A stretch of DNA of 30,358 nucleotides from Schizochytrium sp. TIO01 (lineage: Eukaryota; Protista; Bigyra: Labyrinthulomycetes). Positions 1 to 10,596 of the stretch are shown here, one piece after another. The stretch covers positions 31,889-62,246 of the forward strand of contig SMSO01000024.1 of the NCBI GenBank assembly GCA_004764695.1. The letters run 5' to 3'. Position 1 is the stretch's first letter; each line of letters begins with the position of its first letter. The notes under the pieces were generated by a model, which saw only the letters and a list, made by a program, of their open reading frames with translations, did no database searches and had not been told where the DNA came from. The position numbers were made by a program, and so were the translations under genes.

Positions 1-3000
1 CAAAGAAGTCTTTTCTTTTTTACAAAGAGAAGAAGAAGGAAATCTATATAATTTGATAGGCACAGCAGCAGAAGAAGAGTGATTGCTTTCTTATTGTGAA
101 GGAAAAGACAAAACAGAACCAGATCAACTGACTGGACCTTGTCTTTCCTGAACGAGATGAATGACAAAAGCAAACTTATTCATTATTACTCACAGTCTTC
201 GTGGCAACAACATTGGCTCGGAGGCGCAAAGGCCGTCGCAAAGGCACTCGAGGGATGCGAAGAACCTTCAAACTTAGATGTACGTTTGTGGGAATCATCC
301 ACGAGGGAAAGCTATCGTAATAGTCAGGACGCAAGCTTTTTCTTTCTTTCTTTTGAGTGCTTGGTGTTTGTAGTACTGGCTGGTACACTACCTAAGTAGT
401 TTACGTAGTTGGGTACGCAAAGAAAGGCCAAAGAAGTCTTTCTTTTTTACAAAGAGAAGAAGGAAATCTATATAATTTGGATAGGCAGCAGCAGCAGCAG
501 CAGAAGAAGAAGAGGTGATTGCTTTTTATTGTGAGGAAAAAACAAAACAAAAACAGGATCAACTGACTGGACCTGTTCTTTCCTGACAACGAATGAACAA
601 AAACAAACTTATTCATTTATACTCACCAGTCTGACAACAACACATTGGCGATGAGGGCGCAAAGGCCCGTCGCAAAGGCACTCGAGGGATGCAAGAACCT
701 TCAAATTTGTAGTACGTTTGTGGAATCATCCACGAGGGAAAGCTATCGTAATAGTCAGGACCAAGCTTTTTCTTTCTTTCTTTTTAGTGCTTGGTGTTTG
801 TAGTACTGCTGGTACACTACCTAAGTAGTTTACGTAGTTGGGTACGCAAAGAAAGGCAAAGAAGTCTTTTCTTTTTTACAAAAGAGAAGAAGGAAATCTA
901 TATAATTTGATAGGCAGCACAGCAGCAGAAGAAGAAGAGCTGATTGCTTTTTATTGTGAGGAAAAACAAAACAAAACAGGATCAAACTGACTGGAGCCTG
1001 TCTTTCCCTGACAACGAATGAACAAAACAAACTTATTCATTTATTACTCACAGTCTTTCTGAGAACAACATTGGCTCGATGAGGGCGCAAAGGCCCGTCG
1101 CAAAGGCACTCGAGGGATGCAAGAACCTTCAAACTTTAGAGTACGTTTGTGGAATCATCCACGAGGGAAAGCTATCGTAATAGTCAGGACCAAGCTTTTT
1201 CTTTCTTTCTTTTAGTGCTTGGTGTTTGTAGTACTGCTGGTACACTACCTAAGTAGTTTACGTAGTTGGGTACGCAAAGAAAGGCAAAGAAGTCTTTTCT
1301 TTTTACAAAGAGAAGAAGGAAATCTATATAATTTGATAGGCAGCAGCAGCAGCAGAAGAAGAGAAGAAGAGCTGATTGCTTTTTATTGTGAGAAAAACAA
1401 AACAAAACAGGATCAACTGACTGGACCTGTCTTTCCTGACAAACGAATGAACAAAACAAACTTATTCATTTATACTCACAGTCTTGGAAAACAACATTTG
1501 GCGATGAGGGCGCAAAGGCCGTCGCAAAGGCACTCGAGGGATGCAAGAACCTTCAACTTATTAGAGTACGTTTGTGGAATCATCCACGAGGGAAAGCTAT
1601 CGTAATAGTCAGGACCAAGCTTTTTCTTTCTTTCTTTTTAGTGCTTGGTGTTTGTAGTACTGCTGGTACACTACCTAAGTAGTTTACGTAGTTGGGTACG
1701 CAAAGAAAGGCAAAGAAGTCTTTTCTTTTTTACAAAGAGAAGAAGGAAATCTATATAATTTGATAGGCAGCAGCAGCAGAGAAGAAGAGGTGATTGCTTT
1801 TTATTGTGAGGAAAAACAAAACAAAACAGGATCAACTGACTGGACCTGTCTTTCCTGACAACGAATGAACAAAACAAACTTATTCATTTATACTCACAGT
1901 CTTTATAGGAACAACATTGGCTCGGAGGGCGCAAAGGCCGTCGCAAAGGCACTCGAGGGATGCAAGAACCTTCAAACTTTAAGTACGTTTGTGGAATCAT
2001 CCACGAGGGAAAGCTATCGTAATAGTCAGGACCAAGCTTTTTCTTTCTTTCTTTTTAGTGCTTGGTGTTTGTAGTACTGCTGGTACACTACCTAAGTAGT
2101 TTACGTAGTTGGGTACGCAAAGAAAGGCAAAGAAGTCTTTTCTTTTTTACAAAGAGAAGAAGGAAATCTATATAATTTGATAGGCAGCAGCAGCAGCAGC
2201 AGAAGAAGAAGAGCTGATTGCTTTTTATTGTGAGGAAAAACAAAACAAAACAGGATCAACTGACTGGAGCTGTCTTTCCTGACAACGAATGAACAAAACA
2301 AACTTATTCATTTATACTCACAGTCTTACAACAACAACATTGGCGATGAGGGCGCAAAGGCCGTCGCAAAGGCACTCGAGGGATGCAAGAACCTTCAAGA
2401 ATGTAAGTACGTTTGTGGAATCATCCACGAGGGAAAGCTATCGTAATAGTCAGGACCAAGCTTTTTCTTTCTTTCTTTTTAGTGCTTGGTGTTTGTAGTA
2501 CTGCTGGTACACTACCTGAGTAGTTTACGTAGTTGGGTACGCAAAGAAAGGCAAAGAAGTCTTTTCTTTTTTACAAAGAGAAGAAGGAAATCTATATAAT
2601 TTGATAGGCAGCAGCAGCAGAAGAAGAAGAGGTGATTGCTTTTTATTGTGAGGAAAAACAAAACAAAACAGGATCAACTGACTGGACCTGTCTTTCCTGA
2701 CAACGAATGAACAAAACAAACTTATTCATTTATACTCACAGTCTTAAGAACAACAACATTGGCGATGAGGGCGCAAAGGCCGTCGCAAAGGCACTCGAGG
2801 GATGCAAGAACCTTCAAACTTGAGTACGTTTGTGGAATCATCCACGAGGGAAAGCTATCGTAATAGTCAGGACCAAGCTTTTTCTTTCTTTCTTTTAGTG
2901 CTTGGTGTTTGTAGTACTGCTGGTACACTACCTAAGTAGTTTACGTAGTTGGGTACGCAAAGAAAGGCAAAGAAGTCTTTTCTTTTTTACAAAGAGAAGA

Positions 3001-4049
3001 AGGAAATCTATATAATTTGATAGGCAGCAGCAGCAGAAGAAGAAGAGGTGATTGCTTTTTATTGTGAGGAAAAACAAAACAAAACAGGATCAACTGACTG
3101 GACCTGTCTTTCCTGACAACGAATGAACAAAACAAACTTATTCATTTATACTCACAGTCTTTGGCAAAACAACATTGGCGATGAGGGCGCAAAGGCCGTC
3201 GCAAAGGCACTCGAGGGATGCAAGAACCTAACTCAATCTGAAGTACGTTTGTGGAATCATCCACGAGGGAAAGCTATCGTAATAGTCAGGACCAAGCTTT
3301 TTCTTTCTTTCTTTTTAGTGCTTGGTGTTTGTAGTACTGCTGGTACACTACCTAAGTAGTTTACGTAGTTGGGTACGCAAAGAAAGGCAAAGAAGTCTTT
3401 TCTTTTTTACAAAGAGAAGAAGGAAATCTATATAATTTGATAGGCAGCAGCAGCAGCAGAAGAAGAAGAGGCTGATTGCTTTTTATTGTGAGGAAAAACA
3501 AAACAAAACAGGATCAACTGACTGGACCTGTCTTTCCTGACAACGAATGAACAAAACAAACTTATTCATTTATACTCACAGTCTTCTGGGAACAACATTG
3601 GCGATGAGGGCGCAAAGGCCGTCGCAAAGGCACTCGAGGGATGCAAGAACCTTCAAGAATTGTAGTACGTTTGTGGAATCATCCACGAGGGAAAGCTATC
3701 GTAATAGTCAGGACCAAGCTTTTTCTTTCTTTCTTTTTAGTGCTTGGTGTTTGTAGTACTGCTGGTACACTACCTAAGTAGTTTACGTAGTTGGGTACGC
3801 AAAGAAAGGCAAAGAAGTCTTTTCTTTTTACAAAGAGAAGAAGGAAATCTATATAATTTGATACGGCAGCAGCAGCAGAAGAAGAAGAGGTGATTGCTTT
3901 TTATTGTGAGGAAAAACAAAACAAAACAGGATCAACTGACTGGACCTGTCTTTCCTGACAACGAATGAACAAAACAAACTTATTCATTTATACTCACAGT
4001 CTTGGTGACAACAACATTGGCGATGAGGGCGCAAAGGCCGTCGCAAAGT
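1..4049 (+). repeat. Tandem array of ~420-bp units (10 exons; periods 416-434 bp), each a ~335-nt intron plus an ~84-nt LRR exon
   Basis: The acceptor motif (t)actcacag|TCT recurs with exon starts at 196, 630, 1054, 1482, 1900, 2324, 2742, 3158, 3582 and 4000. The donor GTACGTTTGTGG follows the first nine. Intron sequence is nearly identical between units apart from a (GCA)n(GAA)n tract. The array continues off the left edge. Confidence 0.97.
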
Positions 4050-7000
4050 CTCTGCACAAAGCATGTCCTTCTGTTAAAATCTAGTAAGTTCCGTTCCTCT
4101 GCTGCTATCCCCAGCTTTGCGCAGAGCCTTGCCTTCGCTGGTTATGTCTCCATATGGACTTGTGAGAAGGCCGTCTTTAAATGCGTTCATCGTTTTTCTA
4201 ACAAGCGCTCTTATTCTCTTTCATTCGTGTATTCTCATTCGTTACAAAATGCAGCTATGACAATTTTTCTGGAAGTCCTAAAGAATTGTTCGAAACGGTG
4301 TGTTCTCCTGGAGAGGACATTGCAGATTTCTCGTCAGAGCTCGATTCCCATGCTTCCATAGAGGCTGCAGAAAGCGAGCCTTCTGCAGAGCCCAAGAACG
4401 AGCAAGATCGCGTTGAGGGCGCCGGGCCTGCTACTTTGGGTGGATCTGGGTAAGTTCATGCGGTCAGTCTTTGTTTGGGATCGTGTAATTATTCATTCCA
4501 CGAATTGTGTTGTTGAGATAGAGGGTATCCTAACTTTTGCTTTTGCCTTTATTACTGGTTCAACACCATTTTGCTCGTTTGCTTACGTCTTCTTGTTCGC
4601 CTCAGAGAACGGCCGGATGGAGCGAGCGTGAGTTTCGCTGATGTGGTGCAGCTTGCCAAGAAAGTCTCGGACTTGCGCGCGGACCGAGGTGGGGTCAGAG
4701 GAAACTCCCTGCAGACTGGGATTGCCCTGCTTGAGGAATTCGTTCGACCGGCGATTCAGGGCTACTTTGGCCAAGTGAAGTTGCGACAGGTTTTCGCTGA
4801 CATCAAGACCTCCAAAGAGAGTCTTGACGCTCTACAAGACCAGATTCGTGCAAGCTCTACAAATGGCTTGCCCAGCCTCATCCAAAAGCGGAACACCGAA
4901 CGGAGACACCTGCATTCACTTTTGCAGGTCGTGTACCCATGGGTTCGCGCCAACCTTTGCGAAAGTGATGAGAGTGCAATGCGAGAATTCAAAGTGAGAG
5001 TCAAAAGTTTGGTAAACGATCTAAAGATCAACCTTGCACCAGTCGATGAAGAGACCAGCACAGATGACTTCAAACACTGTCAAGAACTCGTTGTTCAGGC
5101 TGTCCAATGCGTGGAAGGGTACAAGAGGAGTGGAGAAGGTCATCCCAACAACATTGGTGAACGAAGCCAACAAGCTGTAAAGCGCGTCATCTCTCGATTG
5201 TCTGAGCTAGGACTTGGTGATGGATTATCGGTTGCCCTGAGGACACCTGAGCAGGCCATGGAGCTAGAACCCGAGTTGTCTGAACTTGAGAGTGCTCTCA
5301 AGGAAGAGATTGATGTTCTACAAGGAGATACACTTCGTACCCAATTGTGCGAAATACTTTGCGCGATAAGTTCAACCTTTGCTCGATTTGAAGGATACTC
5401 TGAAAGTGCTGCGTTGAATGACGCGAGCAATTACACACCAAAAGAGCTCTCTAGTCTGTATGACTATGCAGTATTGGGTTTGAAAGAACCAAATTTCTTA
5501 GATGTTGAGGCATTATACCAGAAACTTGACAAGGCGAGGACAGCAACAGAAAGATTAAAAAGTGCCGAAGCGGAACTAGTAGCTGAGGACTTGGATGAGG
5601 AAGAGCGAGCATATTTTAGAAATCGAATCACGAAAACAAGAGCTCATTCTCTCTCAAGGCAACCCTATCGACCTTAGCAAAGCTTTTCGTCATAAGCTTG
5701 CTGAGACTCTGCAACACGCGCAGGAACATTATCCAGAGTTGCTGCAAGATAGAGCCTGGCTGGAAAGGCTTCACGTAAGTGCAGAGGGTGTTTTTGAAGT
5801 AGCATGTTCTGACCTTTGGTTGACGAATGTCACAGTCGCGGACTTCAAGCCTGTCGGCGAGCCCCTTGCTTCCAGAGGTGGCAAGAGAGTACAAAAGGTT
5901 CTTGACAACGCTGGTAAAACTATGGTTTTGAAACAATTTCAACTCGGCCATTCGAGCCAACACAAAATATTCTACAGGCAAGCTGCAAATATGGGAAACG
6001 TAGTGTCTCAGCACGTGATACGTATCACTGGCGCTTTTGTGGATACCTCTAATGGAGAACCGCGTGGTTGTATTGTCATGCCTTTCTACGAGCAAGGTGA
6101 CCTTGCCAAGTGGATTGAGAGTCACCCTAACGAAGGCAAAGCAGCGCGCGACCGACTTGCTATGGGCCTGCTTATCGGTGTGGCGGATTTGCATACCCAC
6201 GGCATTGTGCATTGTGACATCAAACCAGAAAACATTTTCCTCACAAGCAACGGGACACCATTGATCGGCGACTTTGACGGCATCAAGGTTGCAGACTACA
6301 CTGCAACTTACACATCACTCCAGGCAACGCCACGGTACATTTGCCCCGAGTTGCAGAATGGGCCTGTAGATAGGTTTGAAACAGCGATGGATATGTACTC
6401 TGTGGGCATAAGCTTAAAGGAGCTGTATCCTACTGAGCGAACCGCTGCAATGCAGAAACTTATCGATGCTCTTACAGCAACAGACCCTGGCCAGCGTCCA
6501 ACCGCTCGCCAAGCACTCCAACATGAAGCTTTTGGAGCTCCTAAGATCCCTGTCAAGATATGTCTAGTATGCATGGAGGAGCATCTGCTTTCCGAGGGCA
6601 CGAGCTGCGAGGAGGGAGACTTCCTTTGCAGAGACTGTATCGAATCTTCAGTAGAAGCGGCGGCACGGCCACTTGCTAACGTAAGAGTAGATGCTGATGG
6701 AACGATGGCATGCATGAAACCTGAATGTAGTGGAAGGATATCAGGTCAAGAAATCACCCGTCTTGCACCAACTGCTTTGAATCACCTATTGTTGATTGCG
6801 AAGATGAAGGCAGAAAATGAAGCAGCAGTTTGGGCGGAGAAGGAGATCCAAAGGCGTATAGCACAAGTTTTACGTGCTGATGAACAGAATCGCGACGCAC
6901 GGCTTCATTTACTTCATATTCAAGAGAAGATCTTGAGCACATGTTGTCCGAACTGTAAGGCATATGTACACGATTTTGACGGTTGCTGTGCTGTAGAGTG

Positions 7001-7295
7001 TGGTAATGAGACTTGTGGTCATCACTTCTGCGCTTGGTGTCTTGGCTACAGTTCTCATGATGAAGATGCTTGTCATGATCATGTGAGAACCTGTTCAAGA
7101 AGACTTGGGGAAGATCCATTTTTTGCTGATTCTTTTGAGCAGGTTCGTGAGGCGTGGCAGTTGCTCCGCGCTGAACGTCTGCGTGAGTACTGGAATGCAC
7201 AAATTCAGGATAGAAATCTTCGACTCGTTCTGAAAGAGTTATTGTCGCCTTTGCTAACACCAGATATTGTTGGCGCAAACTTCAGATTGGAATAA
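196..7295 (+). CDS. Multi-exon gene, 5'-partial: at least 10 LRR exons + acidic linker exon + helical region + protein kinase + RING + RING2/IBR-like domain
   Basis: LRR exons 196-279, 630-711, 1054-1140, 1482-1565, 1900-1982, 2324-2406, 2742-2823, 3158-3242, 3582-3664, 4000-4083, then 4255-4449 and 4606-7295. All introns are GT-AG. The last three exons join in phase 2 with no stop at the junctions. One frameshift near 5612; exons 1-9 have small indels as assembled. Confidence 0.75.
4000..4083 (+). CDS. Last LRR exon of the left array (LGDNNIGDEGAKAVAKSLHKACPSVKI), probable capping repeat
   Basis: Exactly 84 nt and open, CACAG acceptor, GTAAGT donor at 4084. The 5' half matches the array and the 3' half diverges. 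Confidence 0.85.
4255..4449 (+). CDS. Acidic/Ser-rich linker exon (YDNFSGSPKELFETVCSPGEDIADFSSELDSHASIEAAESEPSAEPKNEQDRVEGAGPATLGGS)
   Basis: TGCAG acceptor ending at 4254, GTAAGT donor at 4450, 195 nt, open in the phase-2 frame set by the upstream exon. Not in the ORF track. Confidence 0.75.
4606..5677 (+). CDS. Helical/coiled-coil-like region, 5' part of the large terminal exon
   Basis: CTCAG acceptor ending at 4605 enters the 368-aa ORF frame at ERPDGASV. The sequence is L/E/A/K-rich and amphipathic. It overlaps the next ORF, consistent with a 1-nt frameshift in the T run near 5612. Confidence 0.75.
5595..7295 (+). CDS. Ser/Thr-type protein kinase domain (~5844-6533), RING finger (~6561-6729) and RBR RING2/IBR-like Zn domain (~6942-7094)
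   Basis: Kinase motifs MVLK, IVMPFYEQGDL, IVHCDIKPENIFL, IGDFD, TPRYICPE, DMYSVG, RPTARQALQH. RING: CLVC..C..FLCRDC..CMKPEC. RING2/IBR-like: CPNC..DGCCAVEC..CGHHFCAWC..H..C. Confidence 0.92.
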   Translation: MRKSEHILEIESRKQELILSQGNPIDLSKAFRHKLAETLQHAQEHYPELLQDRAWLERLHVSAEGVFEVACSDLWLTNVTVADFKPVGEPLASRGGKRVQKVLDNAGKTMVLKQFQLGHSSQHKIFYRQAANMGNVVSQHVIRITGAFVDTSNGEPRGCIVMPFYEQGDLAKWIESHPNEGKAARDRLAMGLLIGVADLHTHGIVHCDIKPENIFLTSNGTPLIGDFDGIKVADYTATYTSLQATPRYICPELQNGPVDRFETAMDMYSVGISLKELYPTERTAAMQKLIDALTATDPGQRPTARQALQHEAFGAPKIPVKICLVCMEEHLLSEGTSCEEGDFLCRDCIESSVEAAARPLANVRVDADGTMACMKPECSGRISGQEITRLAPTALNHLLLIAKMKAENEAAVWAEKEIQRRIAQVLRADEQNRDARLHLLHIQEKILSTCCPNCKAYVHDFDGCCAVECGNETCGHHFCAWCLGYSSHDEDACHDHVRTCSRRLGEDPFFADSFEQVREAWQLLRAERLREYWNAQIQDRNLRLVLKELLSPLLTPDIVGANFRLE

Positions 7296-10200
7296 ACTAA
7301 TCGAATTTTTAATGATTATCTTTTTCGTAAGCGCTGTTGACTAGAAGGCAAGAAAGTAACTGCTCTCCTCCAGACAGCACCGACGTCTGCCAACAGGATC
7401 AACATTTATAATGTGTATTCATGCAAGGTTCTTCGTGGGGGAAAGTACTAAAACTTAACATAAATTAAACATAAATCAGAACAAAGTAATAACTCGTGAA
7501 CATTTCACTGATGATATATATGCTTTCTTAACTTTATTTTTCCAGTTTGAGGAGCATATTTAGTTTATTATTAGATACTAATTCTTACTTTGTTTTACTC
7601 TCTCCGTTCCTTCGATAATTCATTCAGCAACACCGCAAGGTATCAGAAGCTCTAGGTTTAAGCCAAATCGTCGCAAAACAAACTCAAAAATACTTTTTGA
7701 TTCATCTCTCCTTTGGCAGTTCTCAATAGTTCTCATTTCGCAAAGCAACTTTTTATTTATTTTTTCATCAAAGCCAAAATGCAGTTCTTCTAACGGCACT
7801 GAAACCCTTAATGTGACGATTTCCTCTCGGTTGCGAGGTGCTGGGCTTTTCCAATTTGCAAAAGAACTCCATCAAAGGCAGGAGTAAGAGTAATTTTACA
7901 GACACAACCTTTCTCCGGACCTATGACGTCCTGGGTAATAAAGAGATTCGCTTTATCTTGGTCACTAGTTAATATTACACAACAAATCAATCGTAAAGGT
8001 CAGACCCTGAACACATGCCTTTGCACTCCAGACAACTTTTGAAAGCTGGAATGAAACCATCAGTTATGTAATCCTCGAAACTCTTTGATCTTGATATGCC
8101 ATGTATCCAGATTTACTATTCGAAGCATGGACTCTTCTCAAGAAAAACAGTCAATCTCCACATCTTAAATTCTCAGAACAACGTTGACTCAACGAACCTC
8201 CAAAGGCAAAACATTGCCTTCCTGATTACATCTTTAAGTTGTGCCTCAAATTTTTATTGAAGAGAGAATTGCAATGACGCACAGAGTGATAGATGAATCA
8301 GTTTACTCCACCAATCTGAGATTGCGAGAGAATGACAGAATTGTGGATACCAGAGAAGCTACAAAGTAAATGCACAATCGCTATTAAAAGATGTGCTCTA
8401 AGCAGCCAGAGGTTACATAGGAAGATGGCGGCATCTTTTTATGCTTCGGCGTACACAGTTCGCGATTGAAAACCTTGGAGATGAACATTCAGCACCAAAA
8501 CTTCAAGAGTTTTGTGCATTCAAGGATTTACTGTCGTAGTAAATGATCCGCTGCTGCTGCGTAAAAATCTTTAACAGGTGGAACAGTTCATACCCTGAGT
8601 AGGAGACTAAGGCTGTTAAAACTCAGAGCTCAAGGGGTTAGGCTAGCTCGTTTGTTCAACATAATTCTTTGGTTGTGTATTTCATATTCACTTATGAGTT
8701 TCCTTGGTCTCACTCCTTCGTATTTGATAGTCATATTCTTATAAGTCCTAGACTACGAGGACTTTTAATAGTGTGACAATGACTCTTCTCCACAAAACTC
8801 TTTGCTTGGTAATCTCAGCACAGAGCTTTTAAATTTTGCTGCGCCCCACGAACTGCATATTTTAATCTGGCTACTTGACTTAATAGAATCCCACACGATA
8901 AGCTTTATCAGTGTTCCAAGACATATTCTACAATGATGAATTTGAACATTACTACATTATGATTCATCCGTTGAAAGAAACTATTGGCTTTACATACTAA
9001 TGCCTTATCGAAGTTTTACAGCTATGTGTCGGACGGATCATCTCAAGGTGCCGAACACAAGTCCAAAGCCCATAGACTTTGACAATGGGCCTTGCCAGCA
9101 GTTCCTGAATATTAATTCTAACTTTTCTTTTCCTACGCTATCTCTTGGTGATCGCCTCACGCATACTTGCAATACACCTTTAAGAGGAGAACACGTGTAC
9201 TGAAGCTACATATGCTGATAGTGTTAATGAAAGTGTTAAGTGGTTTGCATCTCCCATGAGATCGCTGTGATGGTGTAGTGTTGTGCGCCCACTGAGATTG
9301 TGTTGTTCTTCAAACAAATATTAAGGTTGTTGTTCGAGTGAGTTTCAAAGCAGCTGAGACACATGTGAGTACACAGCCAAACAGAATGCGCGCAACCGTG
9401 CTTGGGTAGTCCCTTCATAAGTTTTTATACGCACTTCTCATCACATTCAACTTTGCAACACTAGATATTATAAATAGGTGGTTAACCATTAGGAATAGTA
9501 GCACCCAGTAACTTTCTTTCTTGTATCCAGCATGGGGAGTTAGCTTGTTGTGGTTTTCCAGGAGATACACAGCTGCTTGAATGAATCATGAACGTAGAGT
9601 GTTTCTTGCATCTGTGAAAGGAAGAATGATTAGTAGGAGAGAGTCAAACTATATCGGCGAGATTCGGACACGCAAAGGAAATCATTTAAGTGAACAAGTG
9701 TCACCTTTCCTTCTAGCACAGAACTGAAACACCACAACAAAAAACAGTGTAAAAATTCTTCTTTTTTTCTAAATGTATTTACTTAAAACTATGCAAACTA
9801 GACTAAAGCAACTACTTATAACCAATAACCTATACAAGACAGCTTTGGAAATTTTCAATCATGTCAGATAATTTCGTGCTTGGGAAAGAAACATGAGGCA
9901 TTTCTGAAGCATGCACTCAAGATTTGTAATATTCACAGAATAAATAATCGATTGCTCGAAAGGTCAACCAAGAGAGTAGAGGACCTACAGCTTTTTGCTA
10001 ATCTTGTTGGATTGCCTTGCAAACTCATTTTCAGGCTTGCTTCGTCCCCTTCGTTCCCTGACATAGACGCATCACTATGTTGACTCACGCTTCACCATGG
10101 TCTGGTCAAGAAGGTCTTCCTTTGAGCCTTACGAAGTCATGACGTAGTAATGTGTCAGTTTCTCCTTCTCAATAGTGTCAATCAAAAGCAGAATTTCATC

Positions 10201-10447
10201 ACTTGTTGATAAAGTTAGCCTGTGGCACATGTTTCTGTTTTGTCGAAAAAAGAGCAGACTTGCTGTTTACTTACTTTACTGTTGCTCAGCATCAGCTTGT
10301 ATTTCAACAAAGACAGATAAAACACTTCGTAGCAGAAAGCCTGCAAGGAAGCTTTTGTCTTCATGGCAGAGGCCAGAGACACTCGAAGGAAAGCTACTTG
10401 CTGCGTTGTTACTTTTTATATAAAAAGAATGAAATAGAGCTCTGGAG

Positions 10448-10453
10448 TATAAA
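10448..10453 (+). promoter_or_regulatory. TATA element upstream of 5S rRNA gene
   Basis: TATAAA 30 nt upstream of the 5S start. A TATAAA lies at a similar distance upstream of tRNA-Ser (17136-17141, minus strand). Confidence 0.5.
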
Positions 10454-10477
10454 TGCCAGAGTTCGACTAACTTAGTC

Positions 10478-10596
10478 ACATTCGATCATACCACGCGGGT
10501 AACACCTCATCTCATTCGCACTGAGAAGTAAAGTCGCGTAGGGCCGGGTCAGTAGTATGATAGGGGACTGCATGCGAAGCCCCGGTGTTGAATGTT
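10478..10596 (+). rRNA. 5S rRNA
   Basis: Begins ACATTCGATCATACC and ends GGTGTTGAATGT, with complementary termini. ~119 nt, internal AGTAGTATGATAGGGGAC box-C-like motif, followed by an oligo-T Pol III terminator. Confidence 0.95.

Noticed and set aside
139-3756. Repeated short ORFs (MFCSFVV.., MNKTNLF..) in the left array
   Set aside because: These are antisense or intron read-through products of the repeat. Only the LRR portion bounded by splice sites is credible.
1-4049. CRISPR-like reading of constant repeats with short variable segments
   Set aside because: Eukaryotic context, ~420-bp units, variable parts only a few codons long, no cas genes. The intron/exon LRR model explains the pattern.
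5628-7278. Minus-strand ORFs of 135-194 aa
   Set aside because: Shadow ORFs antisense to the kinase-RING gene.
7808-10423. Short ORFs and coding-like composition between the kinase gene and 5S
   Set aside because: Frequent stops and no recognisable motif. May be decayed gene sequence but cannot be supported.
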